The notes under the pieces are model-generated. The model saw only the letters and a program-made list of their open reading frames with translations. It had not been told where the DNA came from and did no database searches. A DNA stretch of 63,442 bases, counting the filler, from Choristocarpus tenellus KU-1152 (Eukaryota > Protista > Phaeophyceae), in the NCBI GenBank assembly GCA_964200185.2. It is 3 parts of 3 records of this genome, joined end to end, with 100 filler letters (N's around TTAATTAATTAA, not from the genome) between each part and the next. Parts side by side here need not be neighbours in the genome. Positions count along the whole stretch, not along the records: positions 11,595 to 40,093 come from CAXNAD020000123.1; 2 more parts are not named here. The stretch is one strand, 5' to 3'. Made by a program: the position numbers and the translations under genes. Every line of letters begins with the position of its first letter. Within the stretch, counting starts at the first letter, position 1. Positions 12,483-26,180 of this stretch are shown piece after piece.

Positions 12483-12822
12483 AACCTCAACACCTTCGCG
12501 GTGGAAAGTTTTGAGTGCCTCGGCAAGCAAACAGAACGTTTCCTGGATGAGCATGCAGTAGAGGGGAGAGGAACTGGAGGCTATGGCAGGAGAGGGCCGG
12601 TCAAATCCCGCCTACGACAAATAGTCTCTTTAACAACGCAGGTGGCCCTTTCTAGACGTGTCGTGCGTTTTAAGCTGAATTCGCCAGGGAGATGGGCAAG
12701 GAGGGTTTTGTTATTTTCTTGGGATGCTTCCCTAGCTCCTCGCCCTGAGGTGCAGGAATAGGTAGGTTAGAGACTCAGGAAGACAGTGGTGCAACATAGA
12801 TGGTAGTAAAATAGCAAATAGA
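12483..12822 (+). mobile_element. 5'-truncated copy of the same RLE non-LTR retroelement as 1-938
   Basis: Clear nucleotide similarity to 590-938 (AACCTCAACACCTTCGCGGTGGAAAGTTTT ... GGGAGATGGGCAAGGAGGG ... GTAGTAAAATAGCAAATAGA). Confidence 0.85.
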
Positions 12823-15800
12823 TTAATGTCTTTCGCATTTGTGACAACTGCTACTTTCTGAGGGAATTATTTTGACATGTTAATAGTTTTCGTTAGTTTT
12901 TCCCCTGACACATCTGCACAATTTCAGAGGGCATAATAATAAAAATATATACTATTATTGCTATCATTGTTATTATTGAAAAATCCTCTGAACACCAATT
13001 GTGATACCTCCATGCGGATCACATATATATCTTGTGAATGACTTTGAACAGTGGAAAAATCCCTTGTAGCTCGGATTTTAAAGTTCCCAGGCATCGCATG
13101 GAAGAATCTGCTGCGTTAGACACCATCAGGTCGAGATTGTGATATGCCCGATTTGATAACCCTGGAACAGACAACTCAACTTCCACTCGCAACTACCTGT
13201 GCAACCGTTACAGGTGGTATGTCTTGATGCCCGTTTCATAAGCGCTATTGAGTAAAAGTATCTTAGAGGGTACGAGTTTTGCCCTATTTGACCATTTGGG
13301 GCTTGACTTCCTGCAGGTTTACTTATGTCATTTTCCTACTCAAAAATACTTCGGAGTAGGTAAAATGTGTATGTTACGAAAAGGTGTGTCTGGAACAAGG
13401 ATATTGACACTTCCTAACAAAACACAATAGCCAAAATTACATACAAACCGGAACATTGGATTTTGGCCACCAAATGGACACGGCCCTACCCTCTAAGATA
13501 CTTTGGCTCTATTATGAATTTGAAGTCCTAGATTATATATAATTGTACTTATTGACTATTTATTATTTGGTCATCATGATGTTTGATGGAAATAAGGCAT
13601 CGTTGACCAGATCCTTTTATACGATGATATCTCTGTCTTCCTGTGCCTCCAGTCTACCTATTATTATTGTTTATATTGCCATTATCGTCATTATTGTTAC
13701 TTGGAATTTTTTCGCTGCTTTGAGGCTGACTGGTGTGAAGAAAGGTTGATACTACTATGCAGCAACAGCGTGATGGCACCGTGGCATTCATGGACAAGCA
13801 TTCACAAGATTCAATCATGTGAAGCTCCGTTCTCACCACCACAAATTCCTCCTACATTGTCTAGGATTCTGCAAACGGGAATGTAGTATGTGTTGAGATG
13901 CTCTTATGAAAGCTGTGTTTGAGGGTGTGTGAGAACATCTGGGTAACATTACACAAGCGCATACTCCTATTTGCTGGGTCAGTTTGACACATGGGGGATG
14001 AGTGCCCGATTCCATCCTCATGTAACTCCTTTATTCTCTCACAGCTCCAGAGTGTGCCTAATGCTCTTTTTTTGTTAGACCCTTGTCAACTAGTAGTGGT
14101 GAAAGTGACTAGCAGTGTTTCGACCCTATTCTCTCATTGTTTGTGCAGCCAAGAGACGGAACCCACCTTGCGGCCACTGTGACCCACATTTGCCATCTTC
14201 CTCAGTCCCTTTCCCTTGAATATGATGTATAGGATGGTTCGCCTCACCTGCTGACCCATCCACACTCTCAATGACAAGCAAGACAGCTTTGATTTATCCC
14301 TCCTCAATGGCAACAAAGCCGTTCAACTCGTTAGACTTCTCACCCCTATTAAATCCTTCCACGGTTTCAAGCTACAATTGCTTCTCATCAATCAATATTT
14401 TTATAATTCAGCACTGTATTTTAAAATTTGATGGTCTCTACAGGTGTGAGCACTGCGATGATGATTCAAGTGCATGCGAGGTCATATTGCATCTGGGCAA
14501 AATACCAGAGCACAAGAGGACAATTTGGGAAACAAATTTGTCGATTATGGGACTGAGATGTACGTATATGGATGTCGCAATGTTCGATGGAAAAGCTTGG
14601 AGGTAAACTTGAATGTGGGGAATTAACAAAATCATGGAAGGATAAAAAAATAAGAGCTCAGCACCGGCAATAACACAAACCATGCACCTTGCCGCAGGAG
14701 ACGTTAACATTTGCCAGCTCTCACTACCTACTTCATGGTATCCCTCCTCCTCATCAGATATATAACATCATTAGGTAGGTAGGTGGTAGCGCCCTTGAGG
14801 CCCACGTTATCATCCCCCACCCAGGTCCAGTACCAGATCAAAGACGTTGAAACGTCCAAAGACGCGGTGAACCGCGCTTAACAACATCGCCTGCTTGTGA
14901 TGGATTGATCGATTGATTGCCTCACACTAGTTCGATGCCTGATGCAGTGACGCTTGAACAATTTGCAGACGTTGTCATTCATAATGAAGTGATATACAAC
15001 ATGGCCAGACCTTTGGTTAGAAATGTACTACAAAATTAGAGCAGAAGAGATGATGGATATAACCGACGAAGATCGTAAATACAAAAATTAAGAAAATGTA
15101 AAAGTATCTTACACAGAAGTTAAAGATACGAAAGATATAATTAGATTTACCAAGACGTGAAAGAAGAAAGTGTTAGAAGAAATATTCAACAATCCAAAAG
15201 AGAAAACCCCCATAGTGGCAAATCCAAAACACGAAGTCCATACAAAATCCAGAAAAAAGGATCACAATTTGTCCAAGGAGAGGCATGCATCTACCCACAG
15301 TCACAGCACAGAAAATCAGGCCAAGTACAGTGCACCCACTGGTAACACGTAGGTACCACCACTAGGAGGGCAGCCTAGGCCAGACCCCATCTCAACCCAA
15401 ACCTCATCAGAAAGTGCCACAAAATAAGTTTGGTGACTACAAAGTCCAAGTAAACGGGAGGCATCCAGGGTTACATTTTTTAAGGGTGCTGATAAGTATG
15501 TCAAAACTTGTCTTCTGCAAATGCATATAGAATATTTTCTGAATTGTGTCGAATTTTTCAAACAGAGAAATCAACGTTCTCAAGTCAAACCTAGCACTCC
15601 ATCCATGGAATGGTGAGTGGAATGCGAAAGATTTTAAAAGTGGCTTCAAATTCAAAACCCCCAAAACGTGGGTACCTCTCGCTTGCTTTGGCTCACTGTG
15701 GCCATTCTTGTATGGCAAGCTACGGTTGCACCCACCTCCTTACTCAATGCACCAAACATCCGTCAACTGGTTATATCCATCCTCCACACACCTGTACAAT

Positions 15801-17429
15801 TTTTTTTTGTGTCTTTTGCAGGTATACCCCACTCTTGTGTTGGGATCCTCGGACACTTCAGGTCATTTTGAAGCACTACTACCACCTGATTATTCCCAGT
15901 CCTCCCTTCATCCCCTTTGACTTCTCTCAGCTGTAAGTTCGCCAAACAACAAGTTCTTGGGCAAGCAAGCATCGTTCATGCCCGCCGTGAAACCTGCAAA
16001 CAGTAGCCTGGACGCTCATGAGTGCCTACCACCTCTTTGATTGGTACCCAACTTTGGTACATCGCGGGTATTCGAGCTATCCCCACCTGCTTGATCTCTT
16101 TGATATCTCCAATGTTCCATCGACTATCCACTCCAAGGAACTCCTTAGACATGACCCGTTACCTGTCCGTGATACCTTTTTTGTTAATGGGGTCGCAGAT
16201 GGCTCCATAGTTGCTTCGGAAATATGTGCATATACAGCAAAGTATGATCTACACTACAGTGCTCAACAACAGTGAGAAAATTGAGCACAGGAGGAAGTGA
16301 CGACAAATGTTTAAATTTATAGAGATTCTTAAATGTCTGTGTGAAGCTAGGATGAAGGCGAGTATAGCAGAAGTGACTGGGCATGGTAAATAAACAACCA
16401 ATCTTTCGTAGGAATACAAGAACCTGTTCATAAAAGCTCTAGTACTCGTTAAGATAACCATTATGTATCCAAATATATATATATGAAGACCTCTCCCTTT
16501 CCACGTCCCTCCGTTGTTTGTCCTTCCACTTTCTGTCCTATACTATGAGTTCTGACATTTTCAGTTATGCCTAGCCTGCTTTCTCGCTTGACAGTGATCA
16601 CGCACAGTACTGCTCTCTCGGGACCTACCTGCTAACCTCAACTCTGCTACTTTCCATAGGCTATATCGACATTAAGGTCCTGATCTTATCCCAATCTGGC
16701 TGCGACTTCCTGAACCTTTTTTTAAGTTACTCCCCTTGCGTGTCAACGTCTTTCTCGGGCCAGCTTTGTTGGAAGAAAGGAGAAAAATGGGGATTTAGAG
16801 GCTTGTTTAATATGGTCCATGTCCCTATCAACTCCTCCAAACGCTATTCCTGTGTATGTGTCAAGGGCACTGGAGACCGAAAGTTAGAGACTCAACCTCG
16901 GGTTTGAATGGGTTATCAATCTTGGAGGTTTATGTGGGTCGAGGTGGGAAGTTTATGTGTATAAAGCGTCTCTGGAAGTGCAGCAGACTGCAGTACAATA
17001 TTAGTCAAGATATTGAATTATTGGGCCCACTGACATTTTACACCTCTGTGCACATTTGTAATAAACACAAACACAACAGAGGTCAATCAGATACACCAGG
17101 AGTTGTATTTCGAAGTCATTTTTTGAAAACAAAAAAAATAGAAGTGAGTCGAACCGACAGAGAGTTAGGCAGGGTTATATTTGAAGGTTACTAACAAGGG
17201 GAAAAATATATATATACTTGGTATAATTACGGAAAGAGCCTTTGCTGAATTGTTTGCCTCTTTATGTGTGGAATGGGGAAATAACAATTTTGCCTACACT
17301 ATTGTCCACATGGAGCAATGAAATAGAGTACATTGCACAGGGAAAAAGAGATGACTTCGAATGCAAAAGGGTCCAAGCCTGCCCACCCCCAATTTGGCTT
17401 GACCCAAGCCTAATAGAACAACTGTAGTT

Positions 17430-18110
17430 GAAACTGCCTCTAGACCGACACTATGAAGGTGGTCGAGAACCATGAGAAGAACCCTATGAGCCAGTCAAGC
17501 CCCTCCTATCCTACCAACCTGCTGTTTCCAGTTCAAAAAGCATGGCATGTCTGTAGATCGCCATTTGAGTAGTTGCCGAAACAATTTGTTGCGTGTCTTC
17601 ATTTCTCTCTTCCGACTAACGTCTTCCGTCCCTCTACCACCCACAACATGATGAGTTGCCAACTCCTCCAGAAGTTGCTCTGCTTATGTGGGTATGCACC
17701 TAAACTTTCCACAAGGAAGAGGTGTTGAGGTTTAAACTACGAGGGTCAAAAGATCTCTTACAGTTGCTGCACTTTCAGGTCTCGGTCGAAGCAGCAGTGA
17801 AGGTGTTATTGGCTGATGTTTGTTGAAGAAGGTGGTGGTCCGCCTGAACTTCAGAAGAAGCCCTTTTTCTAATAAGGGGCAGTGACTGCATTGGAGGGTG
17901 CCCCTACATGGAACAATACCACATCCACATGGAAATTGAAGTTAATGGTGAAGGGACCTGAATCTTACAGGGCGCAGGGGACACTTATTTGCCTGCAGAC
18001 ACTGCCCAATTGCCTGACCATACATGTGTGCTGCCACACTTGTTCTCAGCCCTGGAGCACGTTGTGTGTGCATGACCAGTGACTATCCCTTATGGCCTCC
18101 ATGCTCCAAC
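17430..18110 (-). mobile_element. Older, more diverged copy of the RLE non-LTR retroelement
   Basis: Minus strand reads TTTGACCCTCGTAGTTTAAACCTCAACACC...GTGGAAAGTTT, matching 571-620; similarity extends upstream to about 240-460 of the first copy. Confidence 0.7.
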
Positions 18111-18980
18111 TATGGGGGGAGTCATCAAAGCAAGTTAGATACAGGGTTGTATTGTGGAAAAAACCTAAGGTAGTATTAAAATAATACTGTTGTGAAACAC
18201 GTAGAAATCAACAGAAAGGTTATTCAGACCGAAGGGGAGCGGGACGAACCACAGGTGGAACCAAAGGGAGAGAGGCAAGGGAGGAGGGTGAGGAACCCTC
18301 ATAAGATGTAAATAAGTTCACTATGAAAATACTCAATTGATGCAATTTAGAAAGGAAGGTGGAAACATGTCTTATGGTTTATTTCCATAAGAAAATGTAC
18401 GCACAGCACCTTTTCGTGTTAGGTGGTCCATTCTTCGTAACTACATGGAGAGGCTTGGTTTAAGGGTCATGATCAACCTAACTTAAGAAGCTCCTCAATG
18501 ATGAGTACATGTCACAAGAAAAGCTGAGATGAGAAACGCGCTGGGTCACGAAGGGACCTGGGGACTGAAGACATCCCCGTCATTTCGAAGACTTCGTGCA
18601 TGTGGATGAGAAGTGATTTTTCATCTAGAGGGATAATTGGGAGTACCACCACCCTATTATGATGTGCACGAACCTTGTTCGTGTCTGCAAGGTGTAGGAC
18701 AACTAGTAGTGTTGAAGTGCATACGTCGAAGTGTTGACCTAAATGTTCACTACAATTCTGGAAATCCAAATCCAAATCAAATATACTACATTTCCCTTCA
18801 AAAATCGTACGTATCAATAGTTCATCTTGTCGTACTACTACAATTCCTATTAGTGTATGAACATAGTAATTCTTTCTTAGACAAACGAAGGCGTACTTGC
18901 GGGCCATTACCACTCGCATCATAGGTCACTTCACCTCTTTGCAGGAGTGGTCTTTATTTCTCGGTTCTCAGCTGCTGAAC

Positions 18981-21463
18981 ATGCTTCAGCAGGTCCACGT
19001 CGTGGCTGCAGTACTGGTGGCTAGCGTTTGCGTAGGCTGCGATGCCTTTTTAGCATCATCTCCAGTCTTGAGTGGCGTCATATCGCCCTCTGCTGTATCC
19101 TCTCATGCCTTTCACTTGACCACTCCTAAGGCAAGAAGTGAAAGAACCTACAGGCGTCCGCTTATGTCGGCCGCTGCGGATATTAAGGATCTATGCCTGA
19201 CACCAGAGCTAGAGCGATTGGTTAAGGCTTTCAGATCGATGCCGAACGACCAGATGCGTTACAAGCAACTCCTCTTCATGGCTTCTCAAGGAGAGGAATT
19301 GGAGTCAGAGTTGAAGGTGCAGTCCAACAAGGTCGAGGGGTAAGTGAATCTTGGCGAGTGACCCAACACATAGCTAAGCTCAATGCTGAATCCATCAATC
19401 GACCCAATAGTGGCTTGCTCATCTTTTTGTGGCAAGGAAATGGAATTTGGTGGTTATCGACCGTCCGACTCTTGACAATCTGAAGCTATAGTAGAGCGAG
19501 ACTATAGTCAGTCATGCAGATATTTTACACAAGAACTTATCAACTCACCGGAGCGTCGAATCCAACCTTGCCCTTCTCCTCCCCTTCGCTCTGGTCGCTA
19601 CAATGTTTTATCTGGGCGTAGTTGCTTGTCCACTGTGCACGTGGTTGGGGAATCAAGGGATGGGCTCATTTATTTCCGCGGGGACTCGGACGGCCAGTTG
19701 ACGAAAGGTCTCGTTAATCTCCTCCTGAGAGGATTATCGGGCAACCCAGCCGAGGCTATTCAGAATGTCAAGCCTGAATTCATTAGAGTGACAGGTCTCC
19801 AGGCCAGCCTTACCCCAGGGTAAGTTGTTTGTGTGCAAGATCTCCCTAGGAAAAGGTCACACGAATTGGACACCTCTCAGTCGTTAAATATTTGTGCCAT
19901 TGGGCCAATGACAAGTGAACTCAGTAAAGTGAGGCATCGATTCATTTCTACACCTTTTAACATGAAAACCCCTACATATTGGCAGGCGAAACAATGGCTT
20001 CATCAACATGCTGCAGATGATGAAGCGAAAGGCAATGGAGATAAGCACCGGAGCAGAAGGTGGGGCTAGCACCACCTCCACCGGAGAGGAGGATTCAGTA
20101 GAGGTGGCACAGTTTGAGGAAGTGGAGGGTAAACCCATGACCGCGCAGATCGGTCGGAAGTGAGTCTTGCTGCCCTCTTTTGCGTGTTGAGGGGTGTATG
20201 AGGAGCAGGGGAAGGGTTCGACATAGAGTCAAAGTAATCGAGAGGTAGGCTGGTTTTGACCCTTTTGCCTTTGAAGTGGTTTTTCTTACCCTGTGTAATA
20301 TGCTCTCTGCCATTGCTTTATTTGAACAAGAGTGTCTGCAAAACTGCTATTATCCTTTCCACACACAAAGAAAACCACAATTCAGCAAAGACCTGTTCTG
20401 CATTTACAAAAAAAAGCAGGTTTTGATTGTTTTGCTGGATCCTTAAAATGCAACCTTGCCTGCGTCTCAATTGCTTTGGCTCTTATCAAATCCACCCTAG
20501 AGTCCTCTATCTCTTGGGACTACACCAAAGAATAGATGAGCGGGTATAATTTTGTATTTGACTGTTGATTGTTATGACTCTATCCTACTAGGATACGAAA
20601 ATGAATGTTACGCTCTGAGGCTGTTACAAATTATTTGTTCCTTAAGCCATCTGACCTAAAGCGCTCTGTTCGCTTTTGATGGTCTGTTGAAGTGATGTAA
20701 CATTGCTGTGATAAAACTGATACTCATAATTTATCAATTATATTGGCATGGGTGGAACAGCATGTGACAGAAGGGAGCATGTGTGATCACAGGGAGTGAG
20801 ACTGAAGTTTTCCCCTTCACACCTTTTTTGATCGATTTCTCCCTTACACTAAGTTGTCCTCCCCTGTGGGAGTTTCACTTCTTGCTTGTAATACTGAAGT
20901 GTTTCTTGTTTGAGAACTATCCTGTGATGTGTGATGTGTGTTGTGTGTTGTGCTCATTGATGATAGATGTTTGCTGCCAATTTACGTATTGCTGACCATA
21001 CATCACTATCTACCTTAGGAGCTGTGATGCCAGTGAACATGGTGTGTATGTATTGTGGATCCTTCTCATTCACTCACTCGCTGTCCTCTTTGCTCTTCTG
21101 CTCCCCAAATTTGCCTATGTATTCTGGGTTACCTATGTATATTCCCAATAAATTGGTTTTGCTATGGAGGTTTTATTATTGCACCTTTTATGACCGTCTG
21201 ACCCTATCTCCCTCTCCCAATATTTGACCTTGCTTATTTTTATAAACATGCCCAGGCTTCAGGAGCTCAAACCGGTGGAGATGGAAGTTGAGGATGAAGC
21301 TGGAGATGAGTCCAAATTTTATATTGGCATTGTAAGCAACGCCTTTGAGGGCTTGCCACTGCTGAAGCGTCACCAGATGGTGTATGCTACTATTGCTGAG
21401 GAGATGAAGATTGTGCATGCTGTGACTCTCTCTACAAAAACCCCAGCTGAGGTGGGACTGTAG
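18981..21463 (+). CDS. SUFE1: Plastid SufE-BolA fusion (cysteine desulfurase activator SufE1), ~312 aa
   Basis: Exons 18981-19339, 19622-19819, 19986-20159, 21256-21463. Signal peptide ending GCDA|FLASS plus a Ser-rich transit region. SufE motifs RYKQLL, NKVEGCLSTV (acceptor Cys), GDSDGQLTKGL, SLTPGRNNGFINML. BolA motifs IVSNAFEG...KRHQMVY...VHAVTLSTKTP. Confidence 0.95.
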
Positions 21464-24400
21464 AGAGTATGACTGTGAGCACCCACCCACACATGTGCAA
21501 GCATGTGCCTATTCTGGGCCTTTTGGCTCTTTGATCTTCCAAAAAAGGGTAATCCTGAAGTCATTGAAGAGTTTAGAAATGCAAAGTTTTGAAACTGGAA
21601 ACCCTGATGCTGGGTTGACTGAAGGGGTTAAGGGTGAGTGAGGCGTGTGTGCGCTTAAGAATATTTGAACTTGGACTTTTTGTCTTGACAGTGTAGCCTA
21701 GAATTTGGCCTTGGTTCGGCCCCTCCTGCGTCAATGACCATGCACATTACATGAGGTTAGAGTTCACTGAAGTGGTCTTTGAAAGATGTAGTTGCGTTCC
21801 CAGGCCCAGGCACCAAGGGCTAGTCCATAGGAGAATGGAGATGGCTGTTCGACAACCACGTGTTCGCCTGCATCCCAAGTTTCACAGGATCTGTTAGGTG
21901 TATCGCCTCTGCTTGAATTATGTAATGGGGTCATGCATGTCTCCCTCTCTAAAACTGAGGATATGCGACTGTTGAATCGGTCTGCAAGTTATTGCTCAGT
22001 GTCAACATATCCTAGTAGAGAGGGAGGGTATGGTGCACTTCAAATGTTTTGTGTAGTTCTTTGTGAAGTTGCACAAGATACACTATTTTTGATTTCTCTA
22101 ATATATCAAGTAGGAACATGGAACCTGCAATCAATGTTGTAGAAAGGATATTTTTTGCAAGAGTCTCATAATCACCTTTGGGCTTCTCCCTCTTACTGTG
22201 TGTGCTTTTTTAGTTGTCAAAAGCAGATGATTCTACTTTTTAAAAGTCACTGAAAATGTTCCCCTCCTGCTGAGTCTTAGGTTTAAATGGAGGAAGGTTG
22301 GTTTGTGTACATGCAGGACTTGTGCTCATATATCAAGTTTCTTGACTGCTGAGATTTAGTACAAGTAGTTTCTGAGCGTGACCAGTGGCTAGTCAGCTTA
22401 CTGAAAGACCCACTAAAAGACCCTCACAGTGTAGTCTGTTTGAGAATGGTGAGGGACCAATATAACCTGCCTTCATGCTTGGCTTAAGTGGGGATAGCAA
22501 CATTCTGATCTTGATATGTGGCATATTTGATAGTGGATCATCCCTGCCTGTAGCAATCCATTTTTTGTGAACATATACATAGGTGTATGTGAATCCTTCA
22601 TAACTCTTTGGTGTGGAAGCCCATTGACTTTAATGCTGCTTGCTTATGCAGGGCAAAACTGCATTGCTAATCGAAAATCAGTTGAAGACATGCCTCAATC
22701 AAAATTTTTATTTCTATCAGCACATCCTTGTTCTTTCACTGGGTTGGCTCATATCCATCCACTATTGGTTGGGGGGTGGGTCAAAGGGTCTTAAGTTTCA
22801 GTCTCGAGGTGTACCTGAGTTTGACGCATTACTGACCGTGATCAGGATTTATTTAGAATAGCAAAGAAAGAGTCACCTGTGATACCATTGACTGGGTCGA
22901 TTTGTTTGTGCAAGTTAGGGAAGATGTTGTCACACCTTGTGTGGTGAAAGCAGTTGCATATTTAGTTGATCTATTTGCATTATTGATCTCAATGCTGATA
23001 TGATGCTTCATGGGATGGAATATAAACACCGTTCTACCTACAAGAATGTCATGTTAGCACTATCAGTATCTGATATGAGCAGTCTAAGACCAAGTGAATG
23101 AATCAAATCATGTTGGCACGGTTGATGAAGACCCATTATATTGCATTTTAAAGGAACATGATGTTCAACTGTGCCACAATGACAGAGTGAGTAATAATAT
23201 CTCTTCTCCTTGCACCTCACAAAGCTTGCATATTGGTGTGTAGGAGGTATTTGGATCAGCCAGAGGTACGGCATGACTAAGAAACGTTTGATGTATATGG
23301 AATTTCTCAGGGTGTTCACTGGACCATGTACATTTGACAAAACCATACTGGGATTTGGACTGGGTGAAGTATTATTTAATGGGACCAGTTCAGGGCCATC
23401 AAAGAGTATAACCAGACAGGACTGCAGACTGACCTACTTTGCTTATGTCATTAGAGGACTGGAAGAAGTAATCACAACTGTAATCGGGATTAGGTCATGG
23501 GCTGATCCAAGGTGAAGTATGTCTTAAACCAGGCCTGGACTGAGTCCTTCAAGATTGTAACTGGACCAAACTGTGGGCTCACTTATCAATACCAATATTG
23601 TTGTTGGTTAAGAGATAATACTTGTTCTTCAACTAGCCTTATATTCTACTTTTTGTAGTCAGAGCCTAGGACTGTTCAATTTTCGATTTTCATCGCACTT
23701 GGACTGGGGTGGTGCAGTCAAATGTGGTGTGCCATTTTGCCTAGGCACAAATGAAATTCTTGATTTTGTGCCATAAGGCATGTTTTGGTAAGATTAAACA
23801 GCTATGTCCTGAAATGCATCGACACACCATGCCAAGGTTGGTTAGGATCTGATTTGTGGTGACAGACAGCTTGACAGGGTCCTTTGTCAAGTATCTCCAA
23901 CACACTTTGTTCATTCCTTATACAGCAAAAAGCTGCTTTCTCATTCCTCCTGTCACACCACGACCACCACACTTCATTGTGCATAGATATTGGTCTGCAC
24001 ACTACCTCCGTAATATTTGTTGCAACATATATTCAGTGTCCAACATTGAGATAAACACCACTGTAGCAACAGGGCATTATCTCGATTTTTTAACAAAATC
24101 AGAGGCTGGGAACATATCCAGTACAATCCATTTGCCATCACTCCACTTATAACATGTTCTCCCCGAGTGTTCACCTCAACCTTTACAGTTCCCTTGGACT
24201 CATACCTGGACTCCTCTCTCACTTTATCTTTATCTTGTTGCTGTAGGGTGTTGGGAAAGCGATGTAGCCAGGATTCAACCCCATAACCTTTAGTTACGAG
24301 ACTTAGGTTTCTCAGTAAAACAGGTGATGTTGCACACAAATCTTGGTCTGGCGCTTTTGTGGTTTAGCAACAGGTACGATAGTACAGGTGCACAATTGGT

Positions 24401-25032
24401 TGTGCTTGCCATGTGGATTTCTGATTATCGAAACCAGATTTCCTTGAAAAGAAATCTGAGATCTTTAGGTTCGAAATTGCGAAATACACATGGGAACAGC
24501 CTGCACAATCACTGAATTATTCCTATTGCATGTTTGCATCAACTCCATGCTGGAAAGCTTGCCACATGTTACGCAAGCAATAGAAGATAGGTAACTAAGC
24601 TATTACTTCTATACTATATGAAGACATTTCCCCCACACCATCGTTGTTTGTATGGAGAAGATATTACTCGCAACACTGCGGAACAGGAGTATCTACAAAT
24701 GTAATCATAAATTGAGCCAAATTGCTGTACAGGCTGACAATTTGTTGCAGTCATTGGTTGTAAGGGTGACCTGACAATGCAGACAGATCATATATTCTCG
24801 GGGGTGAACAACAATGTAAGGACAATAAATCACTGTAGGATGGAGTATTTATGCATGAGCCGGATCTGTGCCACCCGCATTTTCAAAAGCAAAAATTATT
24901 TCACCTGGGTCGTGGACAATTTGCGCATGTTCTAGGCACTCAAGAAATTCGAAAAAACACTAGCATTTTGTGCCATTGAGGAGGGGGCGGAAGGAGGTAG
25001 AGGGTCCCAGGATCCGAAATGTGTCGCATACA

Positions 25033-25959
25033 TTAACTTTCCAGGTGATTTTGCAGGAACCTATCAACAAAAGTAACACAACTATTTTTCAATAGGTGTA
25101 GATCATCGGGGTATGCAGCTACGAATCGGCGCATATCATCGAGGGTAATATTACTTGATACTACTCCAATGTACTCAATCCTGCTGGGTAGGAATCGGAG
25201 CTCTCGAATGCGTAGCTCTCCTGGCACACTCCTACCAGAGAGCAGGTTCACTGTAGTCTCAAAAGCCAATGGTTTCAATGGTAGGAAGTCGAAGAGCGTC
25301 AGCCTTCCCGTCACTGCTCTAGATTTATCCCCTCCATACTCAACTCTCTCCCACACTCCCTCTCCTGATGAAGACAAGGCGTAAGTATCTCCCAAGTTCC
25401 CTTTTCGTGCGAGCATTTCATCTGATATCTCCTCTCCCTTGAACTCGCAATCTACCTCCTTCCCTATCTCCTCCACCACCACCGCCACATGTAGCGGCAA
25501 CTGCGAAGGTCCCCCCTCCAGAGGATAATAGGCCTTCCACAAATTGTACTTCGGTTGGGTCCTGCTCCTGTCTCCTTCTTGCTCCTTGATCCGCATAAGG
25601 TTGAGACCATTCCTCGATTTGGGAGCATGAGATTCCAGAGGGCCCCAACAGGATCTCGAGGACCAAAATGACCTCCGTGACCATATTGGGTTGTTCCTTT
25701 CCCCCCTCGTGCCCAAAGATATGCTCCCTTCAGGGTCTAAACAGAACGTCTGAGAGTGATTACTCACATCTGGAACATTGTGTACGGAAGGGCCAAGGAA
25801 GGCCAGGGCTATGCAGAAAGGTTGGGTACTCTGGCCAAGAAATAGAACGGGTTGGGGGTCAGAGAGTGAAGGAAAAGGCCACAGTTTCTCGCATATCTAT
25901 CGTCAGAGTAGTCGCAATTGATGCAGGTAGTAGGAAAAACCTCTTACCGAAACCATCAT
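25033..25959 (-). CDS. Uncharacterised protein with permuted NlpC/P60 (PPPDE/LRAT-like) His-Cys motifs, ~269 aa
   Basis: Exon 1 25959-25948 (ATGATGGTTTCG|gtaag), intron with CTGAC branch point and CAG acceptor, exon 2 25830-25033. Motifs PLHVAVVV, FDFLP, LLSGRSVPGELRIR, LHLLKNSCVTF (cf. Y.L...NC..F). Hydrophobic N-terminus (FCIALAFLG). Confidence 0.7.
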
Positions 25960-26180
25960 GAGAACGATCCTGACCAGAGAAAAAGGAGTGACTGAGTGGC
26001 AGGTGGTTCTTGCAAGGCACAACACTTGAGGATTTTTTCGTTTTTCCCTCCTCAACTATCACGTAAGAATGGTTGATGGTAATATAGTTGGTGGAATGTG
26101 TTGCGCACGACCTCGCGTGTCAGAATGTTGAGAAGGTACCAAAGATCGCAGACTATATTACGTAAAGAGAGACACTGAAC

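Noticed and set aside
18512-18922. 136-aa minus-strand ORF divergent from SUFE1
   Set aside because: No recognisable motif or splice structure; cannot support it as a gene.
21500-25000. Short ORFs in this intergenic stretch (and likewise 59300-63200)
   Set aside because: No recognisable domains; probably old repeat debris or intron sequence.
25859-25893. TGA upstream of the 244-aa ORF as possible selenocysteine or readthrough
   Set aside because: It lies within a normal GT-AG intron (25947-25831) and forms part of the CTGAC branch point.
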